A stretch of DNA of 63,039 bases, counting the filler, from Reticulomyxa filosa (Eukaryota > Protista > Foraminifera), in the NCBI GenBank assembly GCA_000512085.1. It is 24 parts of 24 records of this genome, joined end to end, with 100 filler letters (N's around TTAATTAATTAA, not from the genome) between each part and the next. Parts side by side here need not be neighbours in the genome. Positions count along the whole stretch, not along the records: positions 49,726 to 51,943 come from ASPP01013561.1; positions 52,044 to 54,084 come from ASPP01011756.1; positions 54,185 to 56,803 come from ASPP01000901.1; positions 56,904 to 59,001 come from ASPP01026987.1; positions 59,102 to 60,141 come from ASPP01014600.1; positions 60,242 to 61,619 come from ASPP01029601.1; positions 61,720 to 63,039 come from ASPP01026549.1; 17 more parts are not named here. One strand, given 5' to 3'. Below, in pieces: positions 50,913-63,039 of this stretch; the first letter of the stretch is position 1, and the number at the start of each line of letters is the position of its first letter. A model generated the notes under the pieces. That model saw only the letters and a program-made list of their open reading frames with translations. It was not told where the DNA came from and made no database searches. The position numbers and the translations under genes were made by a program.

Positions 50913-51765
50913 CGAATGAAAAGAGGAGGAACATTTGTTTGTTCACATTTGGAGGAAAGAAAGAAGAGGAAATAAAATGAAAGAAAGAGAGGAAAGAGGA
51001 AAAGAAAAAAAAAAAAAAAAATGAACAACACCAACAAATGCGGTTGTTTTTTTTTTGTGTGTGTGTGTGATCATGACTTTTTGTTTTTGCAACAAATCAC
51101 ATTTTCTTTGTATTCTTTTTCCCACAAAAAAAGGTACAGAGTCAATTTTTTTTAGTTTTTCTGTGGCAGTAATTTTTTGTTGGGGATATTTTTCCAGTTT
51201 ATTTATTGAGGAGTTTTTGTATATTGTTTGTGTGAAAGCTTTCATTTGACTTCTTCTTTCTAGTATTTTTTGGGGGATTCTTAATTTAATTTGTTGAATG
51301 CTTCTGATGCAAATTCTTTTATTCTTCTTTCTTTTTTTTTTTTGTCAGCAGTCGCTCTAACTAAAACAAAGATCATCACACTTGCATTGACTACTTGCAC
51401 GAGCTTGGGGAAAAAAACAAGAAACACTTTAAGCCAAAAATTTTTTTCTTTTAATCGCTCGATGCTAGCAATTGCCTGCATTCACAAGACACCAAAAACA
51501 CCAAAAGGTTTTAAAGACAGCCACGAAAGTGTTGGACTAAAAGGGAAAACGTTGTGCGCTTTTCAAGGTTCTAACTTTGATAAAACAGCAACATTTGTAA
51601 AATTGGTTTATTACAGTAAGTTTGATAGGAAAATGTGTTTGTGTGAGGATAATTGAGAGATTTGGACACAAAAAAAAAGGAAAGGGAAAGAAACTGTTGT
51701 GTTTGCACTCTGTTTCATTTCCTTTCCCTGAAGCATAATCTTGGAACAACCTTGCAAATTGCTAG

Positions 51766-51897
51766 TGACCTTGAAAAATGGCAAATCCATATCAATATTT
51801 GGAACTTGTCAAAAAAACCTGTCGAAACGAACCACAGGCATTTGACCAGTTCTTGGGTATTATGAGACTGTTTCGGGAAGAAAAGTTAACGGACATT
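51766..51897 (+). CDS. Sin3-type paired amphipathic helix (PAH) domain fragment
   Basis: PYQYLELVKKTCRNEPQAFDQFLGIMRLFREEKL fits the PAH consensus (YL..VK..F...P..Y..FL.IM..F). Confidence 0.7.
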
Positions 51898-51910
51898 GTT
51901 CTTTTTGTTT

Positions 51911-51943
<33 letters not shown>

Positions 51944-52099
51944 NNNNNNNNNNNNNNNNNNNNNNNNNNNNNNNNNNNNNNNNNNNNTTAATTAATTAAN
52001 NNNNNNNNNNNNNNNNNNNNNNNNNNNNNNNNNNNNNNNNNNNATATACATATATGTATGTCAATGTTCGAATAATTGGTATAAGCCAAAGATACTATA

Positions 52100-54084
52100 T
52101 AAACACATATCCATAACTTTGACAAAAGCAGAGGTTTTCTTGTCGTGCTTGCCTTGCATGAATCGATATGCCTTCATGGCCATGTCTCCGACCTTGGTGA
52201 CCAGGTTGTAAATGACGGAGTCCAGATTACTGAACATGGACCTACATTCGACATACTCGTTCAGTTGCCTCTCCAAATCTACCCCGTAGTCGATGCAATC
52301 GATGACGTGGATGATCATTTCCGAAATCTGCTTTCGGTCATCGGCCAACGTCAAGTGGTCAATGCTGTCGTGCAACATTCGACTCACCTCCAGCAACGAG
52401 TGGATCAACACCGCGTCGCTGATTCCAGAGGAAGACTTCATGTTCTCCTTCGACTCTTCGTACATGTTGGCCTTTGCATAATTGCTACGAACAAAGCATT
52501 CCAACACCATTTTGCAAGCATTCATTTTGTTGGTGTTTTCCAACATGTCGATCAATGGCAAGAAGTTGTTGATTTCGAACAGCACTTTGAAGTCTTTCAC
52601 GTAATGCAAGATATGGCAAACGATTTTGTAAATTTCTTCCTGCAATTCACGGAATGCTGAGGAGCAACAATCACAAGTGTGCAAATATAATATACATATA
52701 TGTATATGCATATACAGAACAGGATCAAAAAAAAACGGAGTGACAAAAAAAAAATAAAATAAAAAATGATATATACAAATATATTACATACACATATATG
52801 CATATACATATATATACATATATATAAATATATATACATATATATAAATATATATATGTATATATAAAGATCAACCAAACCTAAATCTTTTTTCAAATGC
52901 TTGATAACATCATTTAACAAGATATCAATCTCCGACTTTGTGAAATGCTGCAAGATGTACTCAATGTACACGGAGGCGACCTCGACATACTCTTTTGCGA
53001 CGATGATTTTGCTGACGACCTTCCAAATTTCGTTTAGGATTTCCAGACGAATGTTGGGCGGAGGGGCGCACTTGACGATGCTCCGCCCCAGTTCTTTGTA
53101 CAGCTTGCTGCGCTCGACGGTGGTGACGACACTCTCTTTGATGAGCGTGGAGATGGTCTTGCAGTGCTTGGAGATGTACGAGCTTTCGAACTGCGACAAG
53201 ATGTGCAGCAAGATGATGCTGTTGTTCCAGCCGTCTTTGTAGCGCTGCAGCAGTCCAAAGAACTCCTCTTCGCGCGCCTTGTAGCCAATGCACTGGATGA
53301 TCCAATCTAAGGCGGGGCTGTATAAGTCGATGTAATCACTTTCCGTAATTTTCTTGGACACGACGGCGGGGATGTTTTGGAACTTGTATTTTTCGATTTC
53401 GTTGAAGACGAACAGGAAGTCGTCAAAGGTTTCCAATAGACTGGGTCGCATCGAGTCACCGCAGATTTCAAAGCCACGATGGACCCAATAAGCTCTGGCA
53501 TACGCCGCCACCAAAGGGTCGCCAATGCCACGAATGATACGTGCCAATCGCTTCAGAATCTTGGGGTAATCGCTTGCCGGTCGAACGAATCGCCAACACT
53601 TGAACAGCGACAATTCAATGAACAGACGAGGAAGCAGCTCGCGGATGCAAGCAATCTTATAAAACCAGTTCAAACATGTATCTTTGGCATAGAGGTTCAC
53701 GTCCATATACGTAAAGTTTTCGCGCAATGTTGTCTTTGTTACTTCTGTTTCGTCATCTTTGTCTGTTTTTTTACCCCCTTTCTTTTGCCGTTTTCTTTGT
53801 CGTCGCTGTCGGCCGCTGTTGCACGCTCCGTCAACTGTCTCGCCGAAAATGACATTTCCTCTTCTTGCATTGCCTCCGGGTCCTCGTTCGCCTTCTTCAC
53901 CAACCGCTCGAACACCAAGTCGCCGAACGAGTCCAGCACGTCCGCGATCAGCACATATATTGACGGGTAGAACTGTGGACACGTGCTCACCGTGTTGTCG
54001 CCAAGCATTTTGCTGCATTGGATTGCGATCTTTAAGGCCAGCACTCGCTTCCCATCTTTCCACGCTTTTCGAAGTCGTTGAACG
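52100..54084 (-). CDS. VPS35L: VPS35L (C16orf62), Retriever complex subunit, internal fragment (intron ~52660-52880; frameshift ~53770)
   Basis: LALKIAIQCSKMLGD...QFYPSIYVLIADVLDSFGDLVFERL, AKDTCLNWFYKIACIRELLPRL, RGIGDPLVAAYARAY and DYGVDLERQLNEYVECRSMFSNLD. Confidence 0.93.
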
Positions 54085-54184
54085 NNNNNNNNNNNNNNNN
54101 NNNNNNNNNNNNNNNNNNNNNNNNNNNNTTAATTAATTAANNNNNNNNNNNNNNNNNNNNNNNNNNNNNNNNNNNNNNNNNNNN

Positions 54185-55500
54185 ACTTTGGAAGAATTGG
54201 GATATGAAGTAGAAGAAGTCGAAAGATTTAAGGGCATGCCAGTGGTGAAGGTCACATTCACAAAAGCAGAAGATGTGTAATCACTATTGAATTCAATGAA
54301 ACGAAATGTGAAATCTTCGACAAATATCGACGACGTCCAAGATCACACTTTATTCAATGCAAGAAATGCTTCAAGTTGAATCATTTCGCAAAAGACTGCA
54401 CGAGAGCGAAAGTATGCAAGTGTTGTGGAAGAAGGCAGAACATTGCCATCACCGAAAGAATCCAAAGTTCCAGAAATATGAATTATGCAAAGGACAGCAT
54501 CCAAGTGATTCAATAAAGTGTCTTGTTTATTCAAAAAACAAGGAATGCAATTGGAGGTAATTTATCTCGTCGAGAAAAGAAGATAAGAAAGAGCAAGTGA
54601 AAGTAAATCAATAACATCCGACAGAGAAATCTAATACCCAAAATTACAAGAATGTATTATGAAAAAATATTAAACAATCAATTGGATCGGCGGAAATGTA
54701 TATTCATACACACAAAATAAAAACAAAATGAATGATCAAATGGACGAAATCAAACAATTGAAAGCTGCACTGCAATCAAGCGTTCAGCAATTAACGCCTA
54801 TTGTTCAAGCATTGTCACCTTCATTAAAACAACATACAGTCAAGATGAAGATGATCAGGATGCCAGCAATAGTTTGTTTTAATTTCGAAGAATTCGAAAA
54901 AGAATTGAAAGAAGCAAAAAAGATAACAGATTTTATTGAGATTGTAATGCACACCATTCTGCTTGGCTAGACAAGAATATTGATGATATGTGTGAATCGG
55001 TGATGGATTTTATCATTAACAACAATTTACAAATAATGAATTCCAGTCCATTTGAGCATACCTATGAAAAAGATGGAACTCAATCATCTATTGATATTAC
55101 TTTGTGCTCTGAATCAATCTCAAGGTGGTGGAGGACAGACAGTGATGAATTGGATTTGCATTCAGATCATCTTCCAATTACATTCAATATCAAAGCACAT
55201 TGGTCATCTCCAGAAATCAAGAAACAAAATTGAAACGTGGAATTTAAGAAGCGATAAATGGAATTATAATGATCAACAATTATTAGATTTGCTTTTGAAT
55301 CTTGGACTAATTGTGTGGTAGAATCAGCAAAGTAAAGTATTGGAACGGAAAGGAAATAAATCTCGGTGGAGCGATTCATTTTATAGAAAAGAAAGCAAGT
55401 CCATCGAATGAAAAGAAAGTATAGAAAATGCAGAATTGAAGCAAATTACAAGAGAGCGACAATGCAATTAACAATGATATTTGATTGAAGGAAGAGAATA
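54185..55500 (+). mobile_element. Non-LTR retrotransposon (I/Jockey-like LINE) relic: ORF1 zinc knuckles + AP endonuclease
   Basis: IQCKKCFKLNHFAKDC...CKCCG...LCKGQHPSDSIKC (gag-like CCHC) and HTYEKDGTQSSIDITL...SDHLPITFNI (APE C-terminal motifs), with many stops. Confidence 0.8.
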
Positions 55501-55699
55501 CAATGAAATTATTTTTCAATTCAAGTAAATGAACAGAGTTCCACTCATCACTGTTTTTAGCCCTTTCTACATCCCTCAAAATGCAAACAAAAGCAAGTTG
55601 AAAAAGCACCTGGTCCAAAATAGGAACATGGCACTAAATAAAACAAAAGAAAAGTACAATTATAAAACAAACAACCAATTGGGTGTTTTTATTTTAATA

Positions 55700-56803
55700 A
55701 TTTAAAAAGAAACATTTGAAAAAATTTGATAAAAAAATATCTTAAATAATCCTTCCAGTTGCCACGATGAACTCTACAAGTTCTTTGACAAATTTGTTGT
55801 TTCAGGTCCAATTACCAAACTTCTCAGGTTCAATGTAATACATTCTTGATTGCTGCTCGCATGTTTCTCTAAGTCCTTGATAATTCCATCAGGAGATTTT
55901 CCACAGTTTCTTCTTCACCTTCACACCATTTGCAATCTGATGAATCAAATCTTTTAATCTTGAACAGGAATCCATTTAATCTCACTTTACCTGTAATTAT
56001 TCTGTAAACATATCTGCGTTCGTGCGTCTCCAATCGGTGCAAAATAATCTTTTCAAATGACTACGCTTCAATCAGATTGCGTAAATATTGTTTGGGACAT
56101 TTGTGTGGTTCCATTTCATTTCCCTCATTTGTAAAAAAAAAAACCCTCATTTGTCCAATGTCGATTCCATTCTTCTGTGAAAAATAGGTTCAATCCATGG
56201 AATTCAGAAATGGAGCAGATTTATCTGTTCTCCCAAATAATTTAAATTGTTCAAATTCTGCTTGGAATCTTGCATTCTTTGCCACTGCATGCTCGTTCAT
56301 TTCCAACTTCAAAATTTCTCTCACTGGAATTGGCTCCATTCAGTACCACTTGTCCAATTCGAGGAAGCTATCCAACCACCAATACATTCTTCCTTTTAAT
56401 CCAAATTCATATCTTATCATACATTGTCATATGCTGATGATATGTTCAATATGATCTCCATAATCTCATTGTTATTATCTTTCCAATTCCAAATAATAAT
56501 GAGTTTGTCTGTAATTCTTGCAGATGCTATGGTCTCCTTGTTGGAATGATACAAATCTTATTGGTATTCAATGCTTTAAATTATGTAAATAAATTCTTTG
56601 TGTTGCCTTCATGCAGCGAATTTTTTTTTAGGTTGCAGTGGGGGCGTGTCAAGCGTCGGACTACTCTCTCGCTTCATCCTCAACTTGCACAAACTCAGGT
56701 CTTTCAAGTTAAAAGAGCACCTCGTTCTAAGAAATAGAACACAGTACTCAAAAGAAAAGAAAAACAAGACAAAAGAAAGAACCTCACAAAATCTTACAAC
56801 GAC
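55700..56803 (-). mobile_element. Non-LTR retrotransposon relic, 3' end of ORF2 (RNase H-like + C-terminal CCHC)
   Basis: Minus strand GNERA(D)AVAKNA (RNase H C-terminal motif, across a frameshift) and IITGKVRLNGFLFKIKRFDSSDCKWCEGEEETVENLL (LINE C-terminal zinc finger). Confidence 0.7.
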
Positions 56804-56903
56804 NNNNNNNNNNNNNNNNNNNNNNNNNNNNNNNNNNNNNNNNNNNNTTAATTAATTAANNNNNNNNNNNNNNNNNNNNNNNNNNNNNNNNNNNNNNNNN
56901 NNN

Positions 56904-58464
56904 CAAGAAGGACATAAAAACCCATAAAAAATAAGAACAATAATAATAATAATAAAATGGTTTTTAAACAAATTGTGTGACTCCCTTTTTTTTTTAATGC
57001 ATATGCTGTTTCATTTGTGTGAGTAGCACTCGCTCGACAACATATGCTTCTGGAAGTTGGGCTTATGCTTTTGGGAAGTATTTTTGTAATAATGCCAAGT
57101 CGTTGTCTGTGTTTCAGGAGCACATTCTTTGGGTAAGCCGTCATAGCATGGCCAGAATTATTATGTAAGAATCGCAAAAGTGTCAAAGTCCACAATATCG
57201 CCATTCAAACGACGATATTTGTCCTTAAACACGCTAATGCTCAAATCAATAAACCGATCTTGTGTCTCTTCGACATCTGCCAATTTTAGCACTATTGTAG
57301 CACTTATCTGCTTGTTTTATCTTTTTTTTTGTCCTGTTATATCTTTGAACCACTTTTTTTTTAACTGTATAATTATTAAAATCGATATTTGATTTTCCGT
57401 CATAATAACTGATTATCTTTAAAAAGCAATTGATCACTTCATGTGCAGTGACAGTAGTGAAGATGTACAAAATATCAATACCTTCTCCAGATGCAGCCTA
57501 GGGGGTGCCCTTGTGTCGTTCTATCCGTTCGCTTTAGATATACTTCCAACTCCGGCGCTGCGACACTTCTGTTGAAGCTATGCTCGCTGTTATTTACTAT
57601 TTGTCCTTTCATATGATCATGTATATCATATATAATACTTTATGTAATCGTTCTTTCCTTTTTATTTGTATTATTATCAATATTTTTTTTTTAGAATGTA
57701 TTTTTTTTTTTAACTCCAGTATTTCCCCAGAATACCATGGATGCTGTTTTACTTGGGCAAACTTATTCTTTTTTCGGGGTCGAAAAGGATCATTCGAGTG
57801 ATCAAATCCATATCAGCTTTAGTGACCCCACAGCATTTGCATTTAGCACAAAATTGTTTGTATTGTCTGTTGACAAAAAAGCTGTACCAGCGATCTGCTT
57901 CGTTAGCTGTTTCATGCTAACATTTTTTTTTTATTTTGCAGTGTGTATGTATGTGTGCATCTCTTCTAGATGTTCAAGAACACTCCATTCATTTGTTTTT
58001 TTTAAAAAAAAGAAAGAGTTAATAATTCTATCTAACCTTGTAACGTTCATCAATTGATTGTTACTCAAGGTGCACTTGGGAATTGGCACAATGGCACCTC
58101 CAAGTGAACAAATCTTCACTCCCAGAGCATCATCCAATCTGTACCAAAAAAAAAAAATATTCATTGACATTGCATGTGGTAGTTATTATTACATATATAT
58201 ATAAATAATACTACAATATGCAAAAAATTGTTAAAAAGAAAAGGTTAACGTATGGCCACGAGATGATCGAGTATAATTGCTTGTGCCAAGGATGTCCGCC
58301 AATCGATATTCGGTCTTTCTGACACGATAGTTGGTCATTGGCTTGCATGCGAATAAGTCGACGACGTCGCTTCCGTTGTCCTTGCTGTCGCAACTGTTCA
58401 CCATCTCTTGTTTGCTTTCTTCATTCAACTTGCTGTGCTCGCCTTTGCATATAAAGCGAATCAT
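56904..58464 (-). pseudogene. TPP2: Decayed, internally deleted tripeptidyl-peptidase II
   Basis: PMTNYR, NYTRSSRG and DDALGVKICSLGGAIVPIPKCTLSNNQLMN (TPP2 has YTWSSRGP and DGALGVSISAPGGAI..VP.WTL...QLMNGTSM). The catalytic GTSM is not seen and there are stops downstream. Confidence 0.7.
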
Positions 58465-59101
58465 AATGTATATGAAATGATAATGATGATTGAAAATAAT
58501 TCTGACCCATGAATTTTAGTAGTTCAATTTCAAATTTTACCAAAAATATTTTTACATGAAAAATTGATTGTATTTTACAAAAATAAAAATTAGTTATTGA
58601 ATTTTTTTTTTAAAAAACAACATAACATTAGTTGTTTGACCGTATGACAATCTGTGAGTTTGAAAAAAAATCAATGAACGTAACTGAATTGAGTTTCACG
58701 TATTAATTTTTTTTATTACCTTTTTTTCAAATTGACGGAGAGTAATGAACGTTAGTGGAAAAAATAAAAAAAATGAATCGGAAGTCTCCAAACAACGCCA
58801 CGTGATATGTTAAAGTGAAGACCTGGTGGGCGCAAATAGAGGTCTATCATCCAACCCACTGTTGCAGCGGAGGCGTTCGGGATAAACACAATTTTTTTTA
58901 GAAGCGTAAGATAGAGGCATGATTGTTTGAAAATTGGTTAATATTAACCGAATTGAATATGTTGATTACATTTCACTGCTTCAAGGCTAAAACTTTTATT
59001 ANNNNNNNNNNNNNNNNNNNNNNNNNNNNNNNNNNNNNNNNNNNNTTAATTAATTAANNNNNNNNNNNNNNNNNNNNNNNNNNNNNNNNNNNNNNNNNNN
59101 N

Positions 59102-60030
59102 CATTGTCATTGTCATCGTTGTCATTATCATCCTTAGCATCACATTCCACAGGTGACTGTTGTGCATTTGGTTCCTGGTCGTCGAATGGACTTTGCCAAA
59201 GCATCCGCTCTCTGTCGGTGAAAGATGGCGGCAAGACACTTTTCATGACAAGGAGCAGAGACCAGCCCGCGAATTCCATTATCAAGTCGCTGATGCCAGG
59301 AAAGAAAGTTGTGTCGAGTAGCCTTTGCGTTTCGAGCGCGCTTATCAACTTTACAAACGTCACCTTTATTTCGGTGTCAATTACATTGTTCCGTTGAATT
59401 GATAGAACATTCCGAGGATTTGTCAATCTCAATCTTTTTTTTTTTTTTTTAATTAAATTTAATTTTTTTGTTTTTTTAGAAAAAAAAAAAAAAAAAAGTT
59501 TGAAAAACATTAGATTTTGTAAGTATATTTTTAAAATTTGGAAACCTGGGATCAAATCGCAAGTATCGAAAATGCCACATTCGCAATAAATCTTTGAAGA
59601 TATACCAACAATACAAAATGCCAAACCCGAATACATTTTCCACCAACACAGTGACATGCCAGATATGGGAAAGACGATTCCATCCAAACAGCCAGTGTTC
59701 CTTGCGTTCGACCCCACCACCATCACTACCACTACTGCTATTACCATTGCTATTAAACCCATAGTAAAAGATGACCCCCCATGCGGCTGCCATCAACAGC
59801 GCACTTAAAAAGCGATACAGCGCAATCTCGCAATGGATCAGCATGGCCTGTCTCATCACCGACAAAGGGCCATCGTCGACAATCGCGCCTAGTGCATTGC
59901 AAATGTGTTCTTTATTGCCTCCAGTGTCACTGCCGTCATTGCTCTTTTCATCCGATATGGATGTCGACGCCGCTGTTGCTATTCTCATCGACTCTTCCGT
60001 CATCGGTGACGAAGGTTCCTTTTCGTCCAT
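59102..60030 (-). CDS. Hypothetical membrane protein (two predicted TM helices), spliced, 3' partial
   Basis: Hydrophobic segments FLSALLMAAAWGVIFYYGF and VTVLVENVFGFGILYCWYIF, with an intron near 59430-59520. Confidence 0.5.
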
Positions 60031-60699
60031 TTCACATGTTTTACGGGTATGTTTGCAATCATCTTTTTTTGTTCTCCCCCCCGCCCAACAAAAATAAAAT
60101 AAAAGAATGCGCAAATACCGGGGAAAAAAAAAAAAAAAAAANNNNNNNNNNNNNNNNNNNNNNNNNNNNNNNNNNNNNNNNNNNNTTAATTAATTAANNN
60201 NNNNNNNNNNNNNNNNNNNNNNNNNNNNNNNNNNNNNNNNNGCAAAACAACACTTAAACATATTAATAAAAAAAAAATAAATAGAACAAACCTTTGTTTC
60301 TCCTTTCGGAGACGGGGTGGTTTCTACCCCGTATTCTTTTTTCTATCACATGATGGGAGGTTCTATTGTAAACAACGCACAATATACATTTATAAGTTAA
60401 ACACGAACAAAAAATTATAGATTTTACCTTCTCTTTGCGCTTTGTAATCCAATTAAAGCCCGCATTGTATGACCACAGCCGCAAGTGGTATTACTCATTT
60501 GTCCTTTGTTGTTGCTCCAATTACCACAACTATTTTGCACCACTTTGTTTCAATCCATTCATATTGCTTTACACAATAAACAACCAAAAAATAATGTCTA
60601 GTATTACAACAACAATGCAAAAAAAGTAAACATAACTTGGCGGCACCACAACATATAGCATGCGTTATGTATTGATATGTCCACATTGAATTGTTTGTA

Positions 60700-61500
60700 A
60701 TTATTATTGGAGAATTACATTATTATTGCCCACGAATAATTTGAGCATTGCATATACAAATTGTTGGATATGAGTATGAAGGCAATGTGTGGATGTGGAT
60801 GTGTCTAAAATGCGAGCCTGTTTGTGTCCATATCGCGCGGTGTATTGTGTTGGCGACATAAGTGTCTTTGGATACTACGCCTTTGGAAAAAGGATAGCTG
60901 CTTTGCATAAACGAATGTGAGCATTACGACTGACATGCAATTTAATTGCTTGTCGTGTGCGTTTTTGCTCAATATCGTAAATTGCACCAACAGCGCTTCC
61001 ATCGTCTGAAAGGCGTATTTACCCATTGGACCATGACGACAAAGCCCCTATTGTCATTTGTCCATTCTCCACTTAGCAACGCCACAGAATAACCGCACAA
61101 ATTTTTGAGATCTGCTTTATCGTACGATCTATCCAAATTTTTGTTGTTATTGTTATCTGTTTTTTTTTTAAAAAAAAAGAAGTAAAAAGAAAAGAACTTA
61201 ACATTGCAGTCTTGGACAGCAGTTGCAAAATATCGGGTAAAGTTTTTCGTGTCGACATTGCGCAAATATGAAATTGGGCATTCGTTGTATTTGATATCAC
61301 GACGTTGTGATAGCACACTTGTTGCAACAACGTATAATATTTGTGGTTGAGTTCCGCATTCATGCCAATGTGATTCACATAACATTTCATTGCAAATGAG
61401 ATCTCCAATTCTACACTCGCTCCAGACCGTTTGCACAATTCGTACGCTTCATTCGACAGTGGTGTGCTTGAAATCACTTCTACTTTAAAATGCTCCAATT
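60700..61500 (-). CDS. Unassigned, frameshifted or spliced coding fragment
   Basis: Overlapping minus-strand ORFs (61073..61549, 60969..61436, 60805..61026) with coding-like composition. No motif recognised. Confidence 0.3.
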
Positions 61501-61719
61501 TGTTACTATTTATTTTTTTTAAAAAAATATCTATTTTCAATAAAATCAATTATGTATACAATCACTACTCCCTCACCCTAACTATCTCTTGATATACGTA
61601 AATTTCCCTTTTTTTTTTTNNNNNNNNNNNNNNNNNNNNNNNNNNNNNNNNNNNNNNNNNNNNTTAATTAATTAANNNNNNNNNNNNNNNNNNNNNNNNN
61701 NNNNNNNNNNNNNNNNNNN

Positions 61720-63007
61720 TATTATTATTATTATTATTATTATTATTGCTATTGCTATTGTTATGATGATTGCCATTGTCGTTGGAAGAGTGCAATTGAC
61801 CATGTAGCTCCTCTTTCATTGCCATGCCTCCTTTGCTAAGGTCCACTTTGTTCATCTTTGCGTTGCGCAACGCAAGTGACGAAGCCCCTAACAGGTGGAG
61901 TGTATTGAGGTTTTCACTTGTCAAGACCAAGTGTCTGTTGATATTGTTGGCGGCGTTCATGTGAGTTGCGCCCAAGTCATTGGAGCCGTTTGGATGGACG
62001 GCGGCAGGGAGTAGACAGTTGACGAGACGGTTATTGTTGAAACTATTGAAGGTGTTAATATTATTGTTAATATTGTTAATATTATTCATATTGTTTATGT
62101 TATTCATATTGTTTATGTTATTCATATTGTTTATGTTATTCATATGGTTGATATCATTGATATTGTGAATGTTATTCACATTATTGATATGACCCATAGC
62201 ATTGATGCTATTAATGCTATTAATGCTATTAATGTTATTGATATTATTTATTCCATTGATGTTATTCATGCCATTCATACTATTCAAATTATTGATATTG
62301 CTCGCACTGGCATTGTTGTTGTTGGCATTATCAAAAAACATTGGAAACGGAAGGACATCGGCGTTGGCCGCTAAATCGGTCAGAGCCAGCAGCGTGGTGG
62401 CCTTATTGTTCACACAGACTTTATTGAGATTGGCTGGCACGTTCACGTTATTGACAGCAATGGCGTTGGTACCAGTGGCATTGGCATGCACGACTGCTGT
62501 GGTGTTTGCAGGAGCAATAGACGACGATGGATTAATACCAGCAGTAGGAACAGTGACAGTAGTAGGAACAGTGACAGTAGTAGGAACAGTGACAGTAGTA
62601 GGAACGGTAGTAGCAGCACTAGCAGTAGAAGTCACACAAGGAGCGGAAACCGAAGTAAACAAAGACGAAAGTGCATTTGTAGTGCGACTGGCAATGTCGG
62701 AAACAGCAAAAGGTATATTGGCATTCCTTGCGGACGGGACATCGAGAGAGGACGTGGTTCGAAACATGGTCGGAAGAAGAGGGAGGTTCGTGTCTGAGCA
62801 GTGATTGAACAGCTGCAGCACATCCATCTCCAACTGATGAATGCTCCCACTACTGTTGCTACCTGTTTCCACGACACTCTCATTCGCATGCCTCTTTGTC
62901 GAGCTGTCCGTCAATTCCGCCATTTCCACGTTGTTTTTGTGGTCCACTGTGTCGTCGCCAATGGGTTCCGATTTTATCACCGTGGCGTCTTCACACGCGC
63001 TTTCCAT
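61720..63007 (-). CDS. Low-complexity Asn/Thr-rich protein, 5' portion
   Basis: Uninterrupted ORF from ATG 63007 to the contig end, with PTTVTV and NNMNNI repeats and poly-Asn. Confidence 0.7.
62543..62605. repeat. 18-bp coding tandem repeat (agtaggaacagtgacagt) x3.5
   Basis: Read directly; it encodes TVTVPT on the minus strand. Confidence 0.95.
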
Positions 63008-63039
63008 TGACGTATTTGTCGTTGTTGTTGTTGTTGTTG

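Noticed and set aside
8713-61719. Regularly recurring TTAATTAATTAA flanked by Ns as a biological repeat or CRISPR-like array
   Set aside because: It is an invariant 100-bp artificial contig linker. ORFs ending in XXXX-LIN are artefacts of it.

Overview
This is AT-rich, intron-containing eukaryotic DNA and it is not one locus. It is 24 short contigs joined by 23 identical artificial 100-bp spacers (N44-TTAATTAATTAA-N44), so gene order across spacers means nothing. The gene families (the 'IQAITRHWIRIL..GWIKDFDKLI' WD40 family, KLC-type TPR, ankyrin and NACHT-WD40 genes) and the many homopolymer frameshifts resemble a pyrosequenced foraminiferan (Reticulomyxa-like) draft genome; this is an inference. 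Recognisable genes: TBC Rab-GAP, PF20/SPAG16, a CAP/SCP protein, a G-beta-like WD40 protein, a dual-specificity phosphatase, an RNF213-like AAA+ ATPase, a sAC-type STAND fragment, an A/B-type cyclin, FAD synthetase, ATG11, a U-box protein, a PAH-domain protein, VPS35L, a formin FH2 fragment, a decayed TPP2, and Ty3/gypsy and LINE relics. The standout is a ~1,760-aa NLR-like gene on contig 1 (2494-7925, minus strand). Its domain order is CUE-like / Cys4 Zn module / RelA-SpoT (alarmone-synthetase-like) nucleotidyltransferase / NACHT / pentapeptide repeats / 14 WD40 repeats. It is a candidate protist immune receptor whose effector is a toxSAS-like enzyme. All domain calls are by-eye motif recognition and no database search was run.
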